Shown: positions 28,771 through 38,741, counted from the stretch's first letter. The stretch: 64,000 nucleotides of DNA from Thermoproteota archaeon (GCA_027492205.1 JAOZFN010000007.1:1-64000); one strand, 5' to 3'. Program-made: numbers and translations. The notes: generated by a model from the sequence alone, not told the origin.

Positions 28771-30714
28771 TTGTTAGAGAGGGGGGCTCGGCTATCAGGG
28801 TCCCTCCTTCTAGCCATGCTCGTCGTCTCCCTCCCCCCCATCTCTGGCGTCGGTGACGCGTGGGCCCAGTCGGCTGGCGGTGGAGAGGCGACGCTCATCG
28901 TGCCCGCCGTCAGCACGAGCGGGGAGGGGGTCCTGGGAAGGCTCACCATCAGGGTTGAAGGGGGCTCTGGCCGGGTGTACTTTTCGGCCGACCCGCTCAC
29001 CCAACTTGACACTCAGTCTGCCGCCAGGACCGCAGCGCTGGTGGCTTGCTCGCTCCTGGGCGTCGACCCTTCAAAGTACGACTTCTACGTCAGCATGGAG
29101 TCCGACAGCATGGTCGTCGGGGGGCCCAGCGCCGGGGCCGCCATGGCGGTCGGGATGGTGGCGGCCCTCGCGAACCTGAGCCTGAGGTCGGACGTGATCG
29201 TCACCGGCATGGTCAACCCCGACGGCACGATTGGTCCGGTGGGGGGCATTCCTGACAAGCTCCGAGCCGCGGCCGCCGGCGGGGCCCGCCTCTTCCTGAT
29301 CCCAGCTGGCCAGGAGGTGGTTATCGAGAGCAAGGTCGTGGAGGAGAGAGGTCCATTTTGGGTCACCAGAAGGCTCGTCAGTGAGCGGGTGAACGTAACG
29401 CAGCTCGGCCGGGAACTCGGGGTGGAGGTCAGGGAGGTTATGACCGTCAGGGAGGCGCTCGAGATCTTCACAGGGTGGAGGATAGAGAGGGAAGCCGCCG
29501 GGGACGTATCGCTGCCCGAGAACGTGAGGTCTGAGATCGCCTCGTGGATAGACTCCTACATGGAGTCCTACAGGTCCGCAAGTGCGGAGGCAAAGTCGCT
29601 GCTCGCCGGGATTCCGAGCCGATCCCTGGGTGAGTACGTCTCACAGGCCCTCTCGTTAGCGGACAGAGAGGCCAGGGGGTCTGAAGATCTCCTCGCTGAG
29701 GGAAGGGTTTACTCGGCCGTGAGCTCAGCCTTCAGGGCGGCCATAGAGGCTGACAGGGCGAGACTAGTCGCCCGAATGGCTACTGCCGATTCGCCGGAAG
29801 AAGAGCTGCTCTCCTACGCCTCTGAGGCGAACGGGTCGCTGTCGTCGGCCGAGGCCGCGCTGTCGTCCCTCGAGCCAAACTCGCTGACCGAGCTGGAGGT
29901 CTTGGTAGGGGCGTGGGAGAGGCTCTACGACGCCAAGCAAGCTATGGCCCAGGCAGAGTCGTCGTACAAGGAGGGGAACTTGATATCTGCGGCAGAGTGG
30001 CTTTGCTACGCAAACTGGAGGGCTAAGACGGCTGAGAACTGGGCGTCCCTCAGGGTCTCCGGAGGGCCGCCCCCATCCCGGGCTGGCGTCTACAGGGTCG
30101 CCTCCACGATGGTGTACGAGGCTGATAGCGTCGTTGGGTACGCAGCCACCCTGCTGGAGGAGATCGGCGCGCAGAGCGGATTCCTAGACAGGGCCCTGTC
30201 TAGCCTGAGCATGGCGAAGATGGCCGAAGATGACGGCCGGGCGTATGCCGCACTCGGCCTGGCCGCCGAAGCCATCTCTTACGCCACGCTTAGCATTCAC
30301 GGCGCATTCGCCACGGCGGACCCGGGCTCCCTCGCAGGGGCGGTTTCGGAGGAGTCAAGGTGGCTCATATCGAGAGTGATGAAGACGGGCGCAGTCCCGG
30401 TGCTGGCCTTGAGCTACCTCGAGCACGCGGAGGTATCCGAGTCTCAGGGAGACCTCACTACGGCTCTCCTGTTCTACGAACTCGCCGCCACCTACGCCAA
30501 CCTCGACTCTCTGATGGCCGAGCTCAAACCCCCCCTCGAGGGCCCGCCGCTGGTCTCTCCGGCTCCAACCGAGGCTCCGCCCTCTCAGGGGCCGACAAAG
30601 AGGCCACAGCCGGCGGAATTTGACAGGGCGGGCCTGGTGGCCATGGGGCTGCTCGGATTTTTCGCCGGGGCGGCGGTGACCCTGGCGATCACCAGGTCCA
30701 GGAGAGGGCTCTGA
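28771..30714 (+). CDS. Membrane-anchored Lon-like (S16) serine protease without ATPase domain
   Basis: Signal peptide, GGPSAG (Ser), TGMVNPDGTIGPVGGIPDK (Lys), C-terminal TM. Confidence 0.88.
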   Translation: MLERGARLSGSLLLAMLVVSLPPISGVGDAWAQSAGGGEATLIVPAVSTSGEGVLGRLTIRVEGGSGRVYFSADPLTQLDTQSAARTAALVACSLLGVDPSKYDFYVSMESDSMVVGGPSAGAAMAVGMVAALANLSLRSDVIVTGMVNPDGTIGPVGGIPDKLRAAAAGGARLFLIPAGQEVVIESKVVEERGPFWVTRRLVSERVNVTQLGRELGVEVREVMTVREALEIFTGWRIEREAAGDVSLPENVRSEIASWIDSYMESYRSASAEAKSLLAGIPSRSLGEYVSQALSLADREARGSEDLLAEGRVYSAVSSAFRAAIEADRARLVARMATADSPEEELLSYASEANGSLSSAEAALSSLEPNSLTELEVLVGAWERLYDAKQAMAQAESSYKEGNLISAAEWLCYANWRAKTAENWASLRVSGGPPPSRAGVYRVASTMVYEADSVVGYAATLLEEIGAQSGFLDRALSSLSMAKMAEDDGRAYAALGLAAEAISYATLSIHGAFATADPGSLAGAVSEESRWLISRVMKTGAVPVLALSYLEHAEVSESQGDLTTALLFYELAATYANLDSLMAELKPPLEGPPLVSPAPTEAPPSQGPTKRPQPAEFDRAGLVAMGLLGFFAGAAVTLAITRSRRGL

Positions 30715-30744
30715 CGCTCCGAACCGGCCCTCCCCGTAGGGGGC

Positions 30745-31380
30745 TCAGTACCACAACCGGGCCCCCCTCTCGGGCCTTCCCAAGAAGGCCCAGCCCATGG
30801 CCGCCCCGACCGCGAGCCCCAGCACGTGGGCTATCACGTCAACCCCCTGAAGGAAACCCCCTCCAACGGCTAGCACGGCCACGATGATTGTGCTGGATGA
30901 GACTCTCCCGAATCTGACCCACTCGAGAATGATGGCAACGCCAAACAGGCCCAGTATCCCACCCGAGGCCCCGACGGACACGGCCCAGGGGGTGAGGATC
31001 GCGGACCCGAGGCCCCCCACCAGGGCCGCCGCGAAGAAAGTCGCCAGCATGCGGGCGGGGCCCAACACCTGCTCCGTCAGCGTTCCCAGGACGTAGAGCG
31101 CGTACGAGTTGAAAGCCAAGTGGAGGAGGCCGGCGTGGAGGAAAATGGACGTTACGAGGGTGTACGCCCTTCCCGACAAAATGGCGTCAAGGGAGGACCC
31201 CCAGGCGTACAGGATGGCCCTCGACGGGACGAGAAATCCCCCGAGAGAGGCCGCATAGCCCGCCATGACGGCAGCCAGAAGGGCAGAGGTGGCCTTGGGA
31301 ACCCTAGAGTGCCTCTGAAGAATGAGAAAGGTGAGCAAGCCAATCAGGGAGAAGATTAACGGTCTCAAGAGGACGGGCAA
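30745..31380 (-). CDS. Rhomboid intramembrane serine protease
   Basis: TSIFLHAGLLHLAFN, VGASG, AHVLG. Confidence 0.9.
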   Translation of the reverse strand: MPVLLRPLIFSLIGLLTFLILQRHSRVPKATSALLAAVMAGYAASLGGFLVPSRAILYAWGSSLDAILSGRAYTLVTSIFLHAGLLHLAFNSYALYVLGTLTEQVLGPARMLATFFAAALVGGLGSAILTPWAVSVGASGGILGLFGVAIILEWVRFGRVSSSTIIVAVLAVGGGFLQGVDVIAHVLGLAVGAAMGWAFLGRPERGARLWY

Positions 31381-31387
31381 GACTCAA

Positions 31388-32551
31388 TCACCACCCCACG
31401 AGTTCGGTTATCAGCCTGGCGACCGCCGAAGCGGCGGCTGTGGGAGATATCGCGACCAGGCTGGCCGCCACCGCCGGGCTCAAAAGCTTGGCTGCCGCCC
31501 CTCCCTGCAGGTCGACGTGAAAGCTCTCTCTGAGGATCTCCTCTCTGCCCTTCAAGAGCTGGAACAACTTTTCGATTCCCCTCGGACTCAGTCGCTCTAG
31601 ATAGGAGCGGGCAGAGAGGGAGAGGGCCACTTCTCTCTTGAACTTCCCCCACCAGCGTCTCTGGTAGGCCATCACGGACCCGCGGCCATCCAGCTCGTCT
31701 AGAATGGCTTCAGCGGCCATTCTGGCAGCAGAGACCCCCCAGTAAATCCCGCCCCGGCTCAGCGGCTTGACCTGGCCGGCCGCGTCCCCGACCAGGACGA
31801 CCCAAGAGTCGCCAAACCTGACCACGAGTCTCCTGAGCGGCCTTCTCGGGATGAGCCCTCCCCTGACCTCTCCTCGGGGACACCTCGCGTGCGATTTGGC
31901 CCAGTCCACCACGGGATCTCCCAGGCGACCGAGGGCCCCGGCCATGAGGCCGCCCGGCCCGGGGTGTATCCACGAGAACCTGGACCCTCCCCTCAGGCGA
32001 ACCTCGTATCCGTCCATGTCCCCGTCAGAGCACCTGACGTTGACTCCCAGCTCGATCCCCGGATTGCTGAGCCCCAGGATGCCCCTTACCGTGGAGTTCG
32101 CTCCATCGGCGGAGATCAGGTAGTCGAAGCGAACTTCTAACCTCGCACCACCCCTCTTGGCGACGGCAAGTCCCGGAGACAACCCAATCAACTTCGAGCC
32201 GGTCAGCAGGACAGCCCCCGCATCCTCGGCCCTCCGAGCCAGATCCCGGTTCAGCGCCTCCCTGTCCACCACCCTGGCGAGGCCCCGGCCCTCCACTTCC
32301 AGCCGTGAGCCCAGGGGCGAGATGAATCGCGCCCACTCTATGCGGCCCACGACCCAGTCCTGACGCCTGATGGGGAGGACCTCCCATGCTAGCGGGCCTA
32401 GAATGCCCGAGCACGCCGTCTTAAGGCCCGGTAGAGACTTGGCCTCCAGAGTGATCACGTCAACGCCTGCCTCCGCCAACACGCCCGCGGCGGAGGAGCC
32501 CGCCGGGCCCGCCCCCACGATCAGGACGCTAGTCCTCAGCCTGCTCGACAA
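31388..32551 (-). CDS. Geranylgeranyl reductase-family flavoprotein
   Basis: IVGAGPAGS, ACSG, ADGANS, VGDAAGQVKPLSRGGI. Confidence 0.85.
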   Translation of the reverse strand: MSSRLRTSVLIVGAGPAGSSAAGVLAEAGVDVITLEAKSLPGLKTACSGILGPLAWEVLPIRRQDWVVGRIEWARFISPLGSRLEVEGRGLARVVDREALNRDLARRAEDAGAVLLTGSKLIGLSPGLAVAKRGGARLEVRFDYLISADGANSTVRGILGLSNPGIELGVNVRCSDGDMDGYEVRLRGGSRFSWIHPGPGGLMAGALGRLGDPVVDWAKSHARCPRGEVRGGLIPRRPLRRLVVRFGDSWVVLVGDAAGQVKPLSRGGIYWGVSAARMAAEAILDELDGRGSVMAYQRRWWGKFKREVALSLSARSYLERLSPRGIEKLFQLLKGREEILRESFHVDLQGGAAAKLLSPAVAASLVAISPTAAASAVARLITELVGW

Positions 32552-32780
32552 TTCTCCGCAGCGCCTCCTCGGAGATGGGCCCCTGGTGGACGAGCTTACC
32601 GTCGATCAGGAGGGCGGGAAGGAGCTTCACTCCCGCCCGCAGGGCCATCCTCTGACCCTCCATCGTCCTCACCGAGACCTCCTCGTACTCCAGCCCCCTC
32701 TCCAGGCAGAATCTGCTGACGAACCTGGCGGCCTCGAGCGAGGAGTCGCACAGCGGGGAGACCAGGAGGGTTACCTTCAA
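32529..32780 (-). CDS. Small thioredoxin/glutaredoxin-like protein (CxxS)
   Basis: VTLLVSPLCDSS...GVKLLPALLIDGK. Confidence 0.7.
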   Translation of the reverse strand: MKVTLLVSPLCDSSLEAARFVSRFCLERGLEYEEVSVRTMEGQRMALRAGVKLLPALLIDGKLVHQGPISEEALRRIVEQAED

Positions 32781-32809
32781 AACGGGTCACCGGCCCCCTT
32801 GGGGTAACG

Positions 32810-33478
32810 CTACTGGCTCCAAGGTGCCCTGACGAACTTGTACCTTATCGGGCGACCCTCTATTCTCTTCACATATCCCTGGGCCTCCAGCCTCTTCAGG
32901 TAATCCCTCGCAGTCGGGTCCGCAACGCCCAAGAAGCTGGCCACCTCCACGCTGGTCTTTGGACCCTGAACCTCCAGGAACCTCAGAGCCCTCAGCCCCT
33001 TGTCCCTCTTCGTCAATTCGTTTATCAGCTTCTGCACGATCTCAGACTCGACCTCGGCGCCCACCCTCTTTCTGGCCTCGAGTTCGGAGGCCATCTCGAT
33101 GAGTTCCTCCATCCTGCTGACCAGCTCCTCCACGACCTCCCCGCCGGTCCACCTGAACATGCCCTCGACCAGCTCGGGTATCAGCTTCACGAGGTCCGTG
33201 AGCATCGTGCTGTAGGTGTCGTCAAACACGGCCGCAAGGTCCTCACCGCGCTCATCTCCGCAGCCGTCCAGCGTCAGCCTCAGCCCGTTCAGAAAGATCT
33301 CCCTATAGTGCTCCTTCTTGAGGTTCATGTGTTCGATGACCTTCCTCGAGAGGACCCCACTCAGCTCAGAGGCAAACTCCTTCCTCAGCCTGTCTAGGTC
33401 GCCTAGGTACCTCTGCCTAAACTCCCTTTCAACCTCTTCCTTGATCTCCCTGAAGGAGTCCTCTCCCGGGCGTTCCAT
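32810..33478 (-). CDS. Coiled-coil protein with C-terminal winged HTH
   Basis: KTSVEVASFLGVADPTARDYLKRLEAQGYV. Confidence 0.7.
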   Translation of the reverse strand: MERPGEDSFREIKEEVEREFRQRYLGDLDRLRKEFASELSGVLSRKVIEHMNLKKEHYREIFLNGLRLTLDGCGDERGEDLAAVFDDTYSTMLTDLVKLIPELVEGMFRWTGGEVVEELVSRMEELIEMASELEARKRVGAEVESEIVQKLINELTKRDKGLRALRFLEVQGPKTSVEVASFLGVADPTARDYLKRLEAQGYVKRIEGRPIRYKFVRAPWSQ

Positions 33479-33547
33479 ACCCTATCCTCCTCTCTTTTTG
33501 GCGTGAATAGGCCGGAAGGGCCCAAAATACCCAGGCGGGTCCGATTA

Positions 33548-34441
33548 CTATAAACTTGGGTTGCCGCCGCCACGCCGCTTCGGTCTAACCTCAACGTCGA
33601 TCCTGAACTTCCACTTCCGGGGGGAGTAGCTGCCGACCCTCCTCCACCCCAGAACCCTCGCCTTCAGGCCAATCCGACTCGCGGCCCCCTCGATAAGCGC
33701 GGCGGCCCTCTCCGGAGCGTCCTCCCCGCCCCAGTAGTAGAAGTGGATCACCCCTCCCTCGGGTCGGAGGCACCTTAGGGCCAGGTCGAGGAACATGTAC
33801 GCCCCCTTGGGGAGCGGCATGACCACCCTGTCAAACTCCCCAAACATGGAGGGACAAACCTCTCTGACGTCCCCGAGAATCGCTCGAACTTTCCCCTCCA
33901 GCCTGTTGAGCCTGATGTTCTCCTCGAAGTACCTGACGGCGTCCGGGTTTATCTCGACGCCCACCACCTCCCTGACCCTCGGCTGGGCCCTCGCTATGGC
34001 CACCGCGTAGGGGCCCACGCCCGCGAACATGACCAGCACCCGCTCGCCGGGCCTCACCATCGAGGCGACCTCCATCCTGTCGGTGGCCTCTCTTGGAGAG
34101 AAATACACCCTCCTGGGGTCCAGCCTGAGCCGGTACCCGTGCTCCTTGTGGATCACCTCTGTGTTCTCATCCCCCCAGACCAGCTCGTACTGCCTCAGCC
34201 TTTCCTCTCCCTCCCTGGGTCCTCGCTTAATCAGAACCGACTTGACGTGCCTGTGTCTCGAGGAGACTTCCCTCGCGGCCCCGGCCGGGTCCATCCCCTC
34301 GGGGACCTCGATAATCGCGACGGCCCCAGTCTCTCTAGAACCAATCAGGTCATAGGCTATTCGCTCCAAACCCCTTCTCTCTCCACGCTTCGTGCCGGCG
34401 TCGGGCGTGGAGGGCCCCCCGACAGAGTCCACCCGCCCCAC
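33548..34441 (-). CDS. trm5: Trm5/Met-10-family tRNA methyltransferase (aTrm5a/Taw21-22-like)
   Basis: HKEHGYRL, VYFSPR, MFAGVGPYA, EINP, VVMPLPK; true start may be TTG ~34369. Confidence 0.8.
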   Translation of the reverse strand: MGRVDSVGGPSTPDAGTKRGERRGLERIAYDLIGSRETGAVAIIEVPEGMDPAGAAREVSSRHRHVKSVLIKRGPREGEERLRQYELVWGDENTEVIHKEHGYRLRLDPRRVYFSPREATDRMEVASMVRPGERVLVMFAGVGPYAVAIARAQPRVREVVGVEINPDAVRYFEENIRLNRLEGKVRAILGDVREVCPSMFGEFDRVVMPLPKGAYMFLDLALRCLRPEGGVIHFYYWGGEDAPERAAALIEGAASRIGLKARVLGWRRVGSYSPRKWKFRIDVEVRPKRRGGGNPSL

Positions 34442-34452
34442 TCCCCATGGAC

Positions 34453-35235
34453 CTACCTCAGGCCGTATACCTCCATGGCGTTCGTGGTCGTTACTTCAGC
34501 GAGCTCTGCTGGCTTCATACCCTTCAGCTTGGCCAGGAACTTCGCCGACTTAACCAGGTTTGCCGGCTCGTTTCTCCCCCTGGAGTCTGGGCTCAGAACC
34601 GGAGAGTCGCTCTCTAGGACCATGTACTCAATGGGCGTAGCCTCGGCTACCCTCTGCACGTTGGCGCTCCTTGTTACGTTGGTGGCTATGCTCACATACC
34701 ACCCCCTCTCTACCGCCGTTCTCACGTCCCTCTGAGATCCACCGAAGGCGTGGAGTACAACCCTCGTGGCGCCCTCGTCCTCTAGGACCCTCAAGACCGG
34801 CCTCTGGGCCCACAGGCTGTGCACGACGATGGGCTTGTCTATCTCCTCCGCGAGCCTGATGAACCTCCTGAACACCTCCTCTTGCCTCTTCCTGACGGAC
34901 TCCTGCTTGGCTATCCTGTAGTCCATCCCCACCTCTCCCACCGCAACGATGTCCTTCTCGTTCTCCAGGATGAGCCTCTCAACGGCTTTAATCTCGGTCT
35001 CGTCGTCCACGTCCCTGGGGTCGAGGCCCAGAGAGATGTGGACGACGTTGGTTGGGAGGAAGAGCCTAAGGGCCTTCTCCGCATCCGAGCTGTCCAGCGA
35101 GGACGAGACCATTCCGATCACGCCGGCCTTGACGGCCCTGTCGATGACCTCCCACCTGTCGTCGTCGAAGGAGGGGTCCTCCAAGTGGCAGTGCGCGTCG
35201 AACAGCCTCAGCGACGGCATCTCGATTTCGCGCAC
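34453..35235 (-). CDS. tatD: TatD-family hydrolase
   Basis: DAHCHL, VGEVGMDY, VVHS, LHAF, ESDSP, RNEP. Confidence 0.92.
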   Translation of the reverse strand: MREIEMPSLRLFDAHCHLEDPSFDDDRWEVIDRAVKAGVIGMVSSSLDSSDAEKALRLFLPTNVVHISLGLDPRDVDDETEIKAVERLILENEKDIVAVGEVGMDYRIAKQESVRKRQEEVFRRFIRLAEEIDKPIVVHSLWAQRPVLRVLEDEGATRVVLHAFGGSQRDVRTAVERGWYVSIATNVTRSANVQRVAEATPIEYMVLESDSPVLSPDSRGRNEPANLVKSAKFLAKLKGMKPAELAEVTTTNAMEVYGLR

Positions 35236-35287
35236 GCGAGGGGTAAATATGTTGCTACCACTCCATCGTCAAGCGGACGGCTTAAAC

Positions 35288-36337
35288 TCAGCGAGGTCGG
35301 AGGCCCCGGGTCGGGAGAGGGACGACCTCCGACCCCCTACGGATCACCAGGTGCGTCACCTTAGACTCGTGGCAGTCCACGACGGCAAGTCCCGAGTCGC
35401 CTGGCCAGCCCACCAGCGACAACTTCCTCCATCCTCCGGGGGCGCCGGAGGTCCAGAGCGCAACTGGATCCTCTAACTCATCTAATGAGGCCTCTCTCAG
35501 GATGCGGGTCTTGCCGCCGTGGGCCTCGACCATGAAGGCCCCGCCCCCGGAGACGAGCCAGATTTCCCACCCGGGCGGAGTGGCTACGGCGGCGGAAATG
35601 CCGGAGGGGAATGCCTTCGACGCGTCGTGAACGAAATCCGGCAGTCTGGCCAGCCTGTGCTTCACGAGCTTCACCGCGTGGGATATCGGGGCGAGGAGGG
35701 CCCCGCTCATCCTGGGCATCTTGAGCGCCACCACCTGGCCGCCATCGCCGATCAGAACCGCCGACCTCCCAACCTCAAGCGCCAGGTGACCGTCGCTGCC
35801 GCCCGTCCAGGGGAGGCCGAGCTCGGCGGCCAGCCTCTGAGCTCGCCTATTAGACTCCATCGGGGATCTAGAGTTGGACGCCTCCAGGGCGTGTATCCTG
35901 TGGGATATCTCCCTAACCGTGGCCGCGCTCATGGCGTTCTTCCTAGTCCAGTCCCCCGGGTGCGGGACGGTGATGAGACCTCCGTGCTCCACGATCTCGT
36001 CGGCGGTTTCGAGGGGATCCATGTTCTGCCTCACCCAGTCCGAGAGGTTGAGCCCGATGATTTCCCCCCTCGAAGTCTTGATCTCCTCCCCGGGGATCAC
36101 CGCTAGTCCGAACCTCTCGGCAGCCCTCCGCACGTCTCCGTAGCCAAGGGTCTCTCCGTGGTCGGTCACGGCCAGGCCCGCGAGGCCCCTCCTCTTGGCC
36201 CACTTCACGATGGACGCGGGTCTTGAGGGAGAGTCCCTCGACCACCTCGTGTGCACGTGGAGGTCGTACCACCCAGGGGGGACCTTGAGGCCCAGCCTCA
36301 TCGACCCGGGCGCCTCGATCAAGGGCAGGGTTACCAC
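35288..36337 (-). CDS. PHP-domain phosphoesterase with C-terminal extension
   Basis: DLHVHT, AVTDH, IPGEEI, VPHP, GGSDGH. Confidence 0.85.
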   Translation of the reverse strand: MVTLPLIEAPGSMRLGLKVPPGWYDLHVHTRWSRDSPSRPASIVKWAKRRGLAGLAVTDHGETLGYGDVRRAAERFGLAVIPGEEIKTSRGEIIGLNLSDWVRQNMDPLETADEIVEHGGLITVPHPGDWTRKNAMSAATVREISHRIHALEASNSRSPMESNRRAQRLAAELGLPWTGGSDGHLALEVGRSAVLIGDGGQVVALKMPRMSGALLAPISHAVKLVKHRLARLPDFVHDASKAFPSGISAAVATPPGWEIWLVSGGGAFMVEAHGGKTRILREASLDELEDPVALWTSGAPGGWRKLSLVGWPGDSGLAVVDCHESKVTHLVIRRGSEVVPLPTRGLRPR

Positions 36338-36645
36338 CCCACTCCGACCCGGTCAGAAGCCCCCAACCCTTCATCCAGCTCCTCGAGGTCCTCCAGGTCG
36401 ACATCCTCCAGCTCGAGGTCATCCTCAAGCTCCAGTCCCCCTACCTCGGCCTCAAGTTCCGGGAGCTCAAGCTCTTCCTCTTCAAACTCGAGTTCCTCCT
36501 CTCGGAGTTCAATCAGCCGAACAGAGCCCCCTTCAATAACGACAAAGAGCCGCGCTCCGCAGTCAGGGCACTCCACCTCGCCCTGAAAGTCGGGGGACCC
36601 AACCGGGATCCCGGCCCCGCAGATGGGACACTCGACCTCACGCAT
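36331..36645 (-). CDS. LysW-like zinc-ribbon protein with long acidic tail
   Basis: VECPICG...VECPDCGARL then E/D/L-rich tail; ends DRVGVGW, not EDWGE. Confidence 0.65.
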   Translation of the reverse strand: MREVECPICGAGIPVGSPDFQGEVECPDCGARLFVVIEGGSVRLIELREEELEFEEEELELPELEAEVGGLELEDDLELEDVDLEDLEELDEGLGASDRVGVGW

Positions 36646-36676
36646 TTCCGGACCCGCGTCCGATGGTGGTATAAAA

Positions 36677-37618
36677 TTAACCCCCCGACTCGCCGCCGAC
36701 CAGCCTGCTCGGGACCCTGCCCCCCAGCTTCTCTACCAGCCTGCAGAACGAGCACACCTCCGTTCTGCTCGGGTAGCCGCACCTTGAGCACTCTCTGAAT
36801 CCCTCCATCTTCTCCCCCAGCAGGCCAGCCATTCTCGCCAGCTCCCTCATCGAGTCGACGAAGTTCACGATGCTGGTGGGCCAGAGCGAGCGGAGATCGT
36901 TGAGGAGGGGCTTTACGAGAGCCTGCTTGTCCTGGCCCTCGTGTGGGCACTTAGTGGAGCACCTCGGGGCTCCGGTGATCCTCACGTACGTCTCGGCGTC
37001 GGCGTCGCTGAGCCAGAAGAGGGGCCTCACCCTCCCGACCAGCTTGAGCTCGGGGATGGGCGGCGTGACCGAGTCGAGGGATCGAAGGTAGGCAAGGTTG
37101 TGGGTGATCATGTTGTTGAGGGCGAAGTAGGCCATGTCGTCCAGGTTGTGTCCCGTCGCGACGTAGTCGTAGCCCGCCTCGTGGGCCACCCTGTTAAGGA
37201 CGTACCTCGTAACCGTCCCGCAGACCACGCAGGCGAATGAGGGGTCGTCCGGCACCCTGATGGCGAGGTCGTCCCTCAGCGAGACGAGGTGCCTGCTGGC
37301 CCCGACTTCCGAGACCGCCCTCTCGAACACCTCGACGCACGCCTCGTTGCCCGGCACGCCCACATCTATCATTAGGGCCCCTATCTCCAGGGAGAACTCG
37401 TCGGCCATCTCCGCAAGCGCGTAGAGGGCTGCCACAGAGTCCTTCCCGCCGGAGACACCGACGAGCACCCTCTTGCCCTTGCCCACCCTCCTGAGGACCC
37501 TCCTCACCCTCTTCCTGAAGTACCTCAGGAAGTGCTCGGTGCAGACCCTACCGCCGAGGTTCGGGACGAAGTGCTCCCCGGGTCTCTCGCAGTACAAGCA
37601 GCGCTCGGTCGCCATCAT
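36677..37618 (-). CDS. TtuA/NcsA/TtcA-family PP-loop tRNA thiolase-like protein
   Basis: N-terminal CxxC..CxxH, SGGKDS, CVVCG, ATGHNLDD, C-terminal CSRCG..CSFC. Confidence 0.85.
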   Translation of the reverse strand: MMATERCLYCERPGEHFVPNLGGRVCTEHFLRYFRKRVRRVLRRVGKGKRVLVGVSGGKDSVAALYALAEMADEFSLEIGALMIDVGVPGNEACVEVFERAVSEVGASRHLVSLRDDLAIRVPDDPSFACVVCGTVTRYVLNRVAHEAGYDYVATGHNLDDMAYFALNNMITHNLAYLRSLDSVTPPIPELKLVGRVRPLFWLSDADAETYVRITGAPRCSTKCPHEGQDKQALVKPLLNDLRSLWPTSIVNFVDSMRELARMAGLLGEKMEGFRECSRCGYPSRTEVCSFCRLVEKLGGRVPSRLVGGESGG

Positions 37619-37666
37619 GGGCGGCCGCTGCCACCTCTAATTAACTGAGGTCGTCCCGCTCGGCGA

Positions 37667-38581
37667 CTAAGCCAGCCTCAGGAGCTTTGCGATCAGCGTC
37701 TTTAGGGCCCCTACGATAATGACCCGGGCCACCTTCCCGCTGGGGGCTATCCAATCCTCGGAACTGGCATCTTCGTCCATCTCAACGTTTAGCCCCTTGA
37801 ACAGCACGACGGGTATGCCCTCGTCGGCCTGCCCCATGAGCAGGGCCGCCGCGGCCGCGAGCTCGTCGGCCACGGAGTCGTCTCCCCCGAACTTTGGCCT
37901 TCCAAAGTAGTCCCTGGCCCCAAACCTCCTGCGGATCGGAAAGACGTTGGCGACCCCCACCGCCACGTCGATGGAGCCGATCTTCATGGGCTGGAACTCC
38001 GTGTCGGAGATCACGATCCCCACCCTGGCGCCCGTGAGTTCCCTTATGCGGTCGGCTATCTCTCGGGCCTCCTCATCCGGATCTGGCGGCAGCAGGCAGA
38101 CGTGGCCCTCGGGGCAGTTGGAGTAGTCCATCCCAGCGTCGATGAGGGTCAGCCCCCTGGCTCTCATGAGCAGGACGTCCCCGGCAGACTCCACCATCTT
38201 CCTGGCTTCTTCGGGGTCAACCGCGAACCTCTCCGGGAAGCCCGTCCCCCTGGCGGCCTTGGAGAAGGGCATGATGAACGCGAGGCTTCCCCTCTCCCTG
38301 ATCAGCTCGACCTCCCAGGGCTCTCGGCCTGTCAGCCACGCCAACAGCTTGCTCCTGATACTCGGCTTGACCTCCCCCGGCATCGCGACGTATCCCTTGG
38401 CGCGAGAGATCACCTTGCTCGCCACCACGAGCACATCTCCGTCCTCGAGTCTCTCTCCAACCTCACCTGCGGCCTGGACGATGAGCTCGGCCAGGTCATC
38501 TCCCTGCAAAACCCGAGGGAGTCTGAGCCCGATCATCCTGACATCCGCGGGGTGGGGATCCTCCTTGGAGGGAGATCTCAT
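37667..38581 (-). CDS. CofE-like (F420-0:gamma-glutamyl ligase family) protein, copy 1
   Basis: GLRLPRVLQGDDL, DGDVLVVASKVISRA, DAGMDYSN, LPPDPD, ISDT, VADELAAAAALLMGQ. Confidence 0.85.
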   Translation of the reverse strand: MRSPSKEDPHPADVRMIGLRLPRVLQGDDLAELIVQAAGEVGERLEDGDVLVVASKVISRAKGYVAMPGEVKPSIRSKLLAWLTGREPWEVELIRERGSLAFIMPFSKAARGTGFPERFAVDPEEARKMVESAGDVLLMRARGLTLIDAGMDYSNCPEGHVCLLPPDPDEEAREIADRIRELTGARVGIVISDTEFQPMKIGSIDVAVGVANVFPIRRRFGARDYFGRPKFGGDDSVADELAAAAALLMGQADEGIPVVLFKGLNVEMDEDASSEDWIAPSGKVARVIIVGALKTLIAKLLRLA

Positions 38582-38741
38582 TAGGCGACGCGCTCTCGGC
38601 TCGGAATTTAATCTGACCGCGGCGTTTTTCCGGACAGGAGGGGTGAACGTAACAGCGGCCGGGTTCGAAAGCCTAACCGACCTATCACTTTTATGGGGGG
38701 GCCTCGGGTGCCCGCAAAAGAAACCGTAGACGGGTGTTTAG

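Noticed and set aside
36331-36645. Assigning the symbol lysW
   Set aside because: No C-terminal EDWGE and no lysX/Y/Z/J/K genes nearby
38658-38682. GGGTTCGAAA T-loop-like word in the cofE/8TM intergenic region
   Set aside because: No cloverleaf, and no matching motif found in the second module's intergenic region
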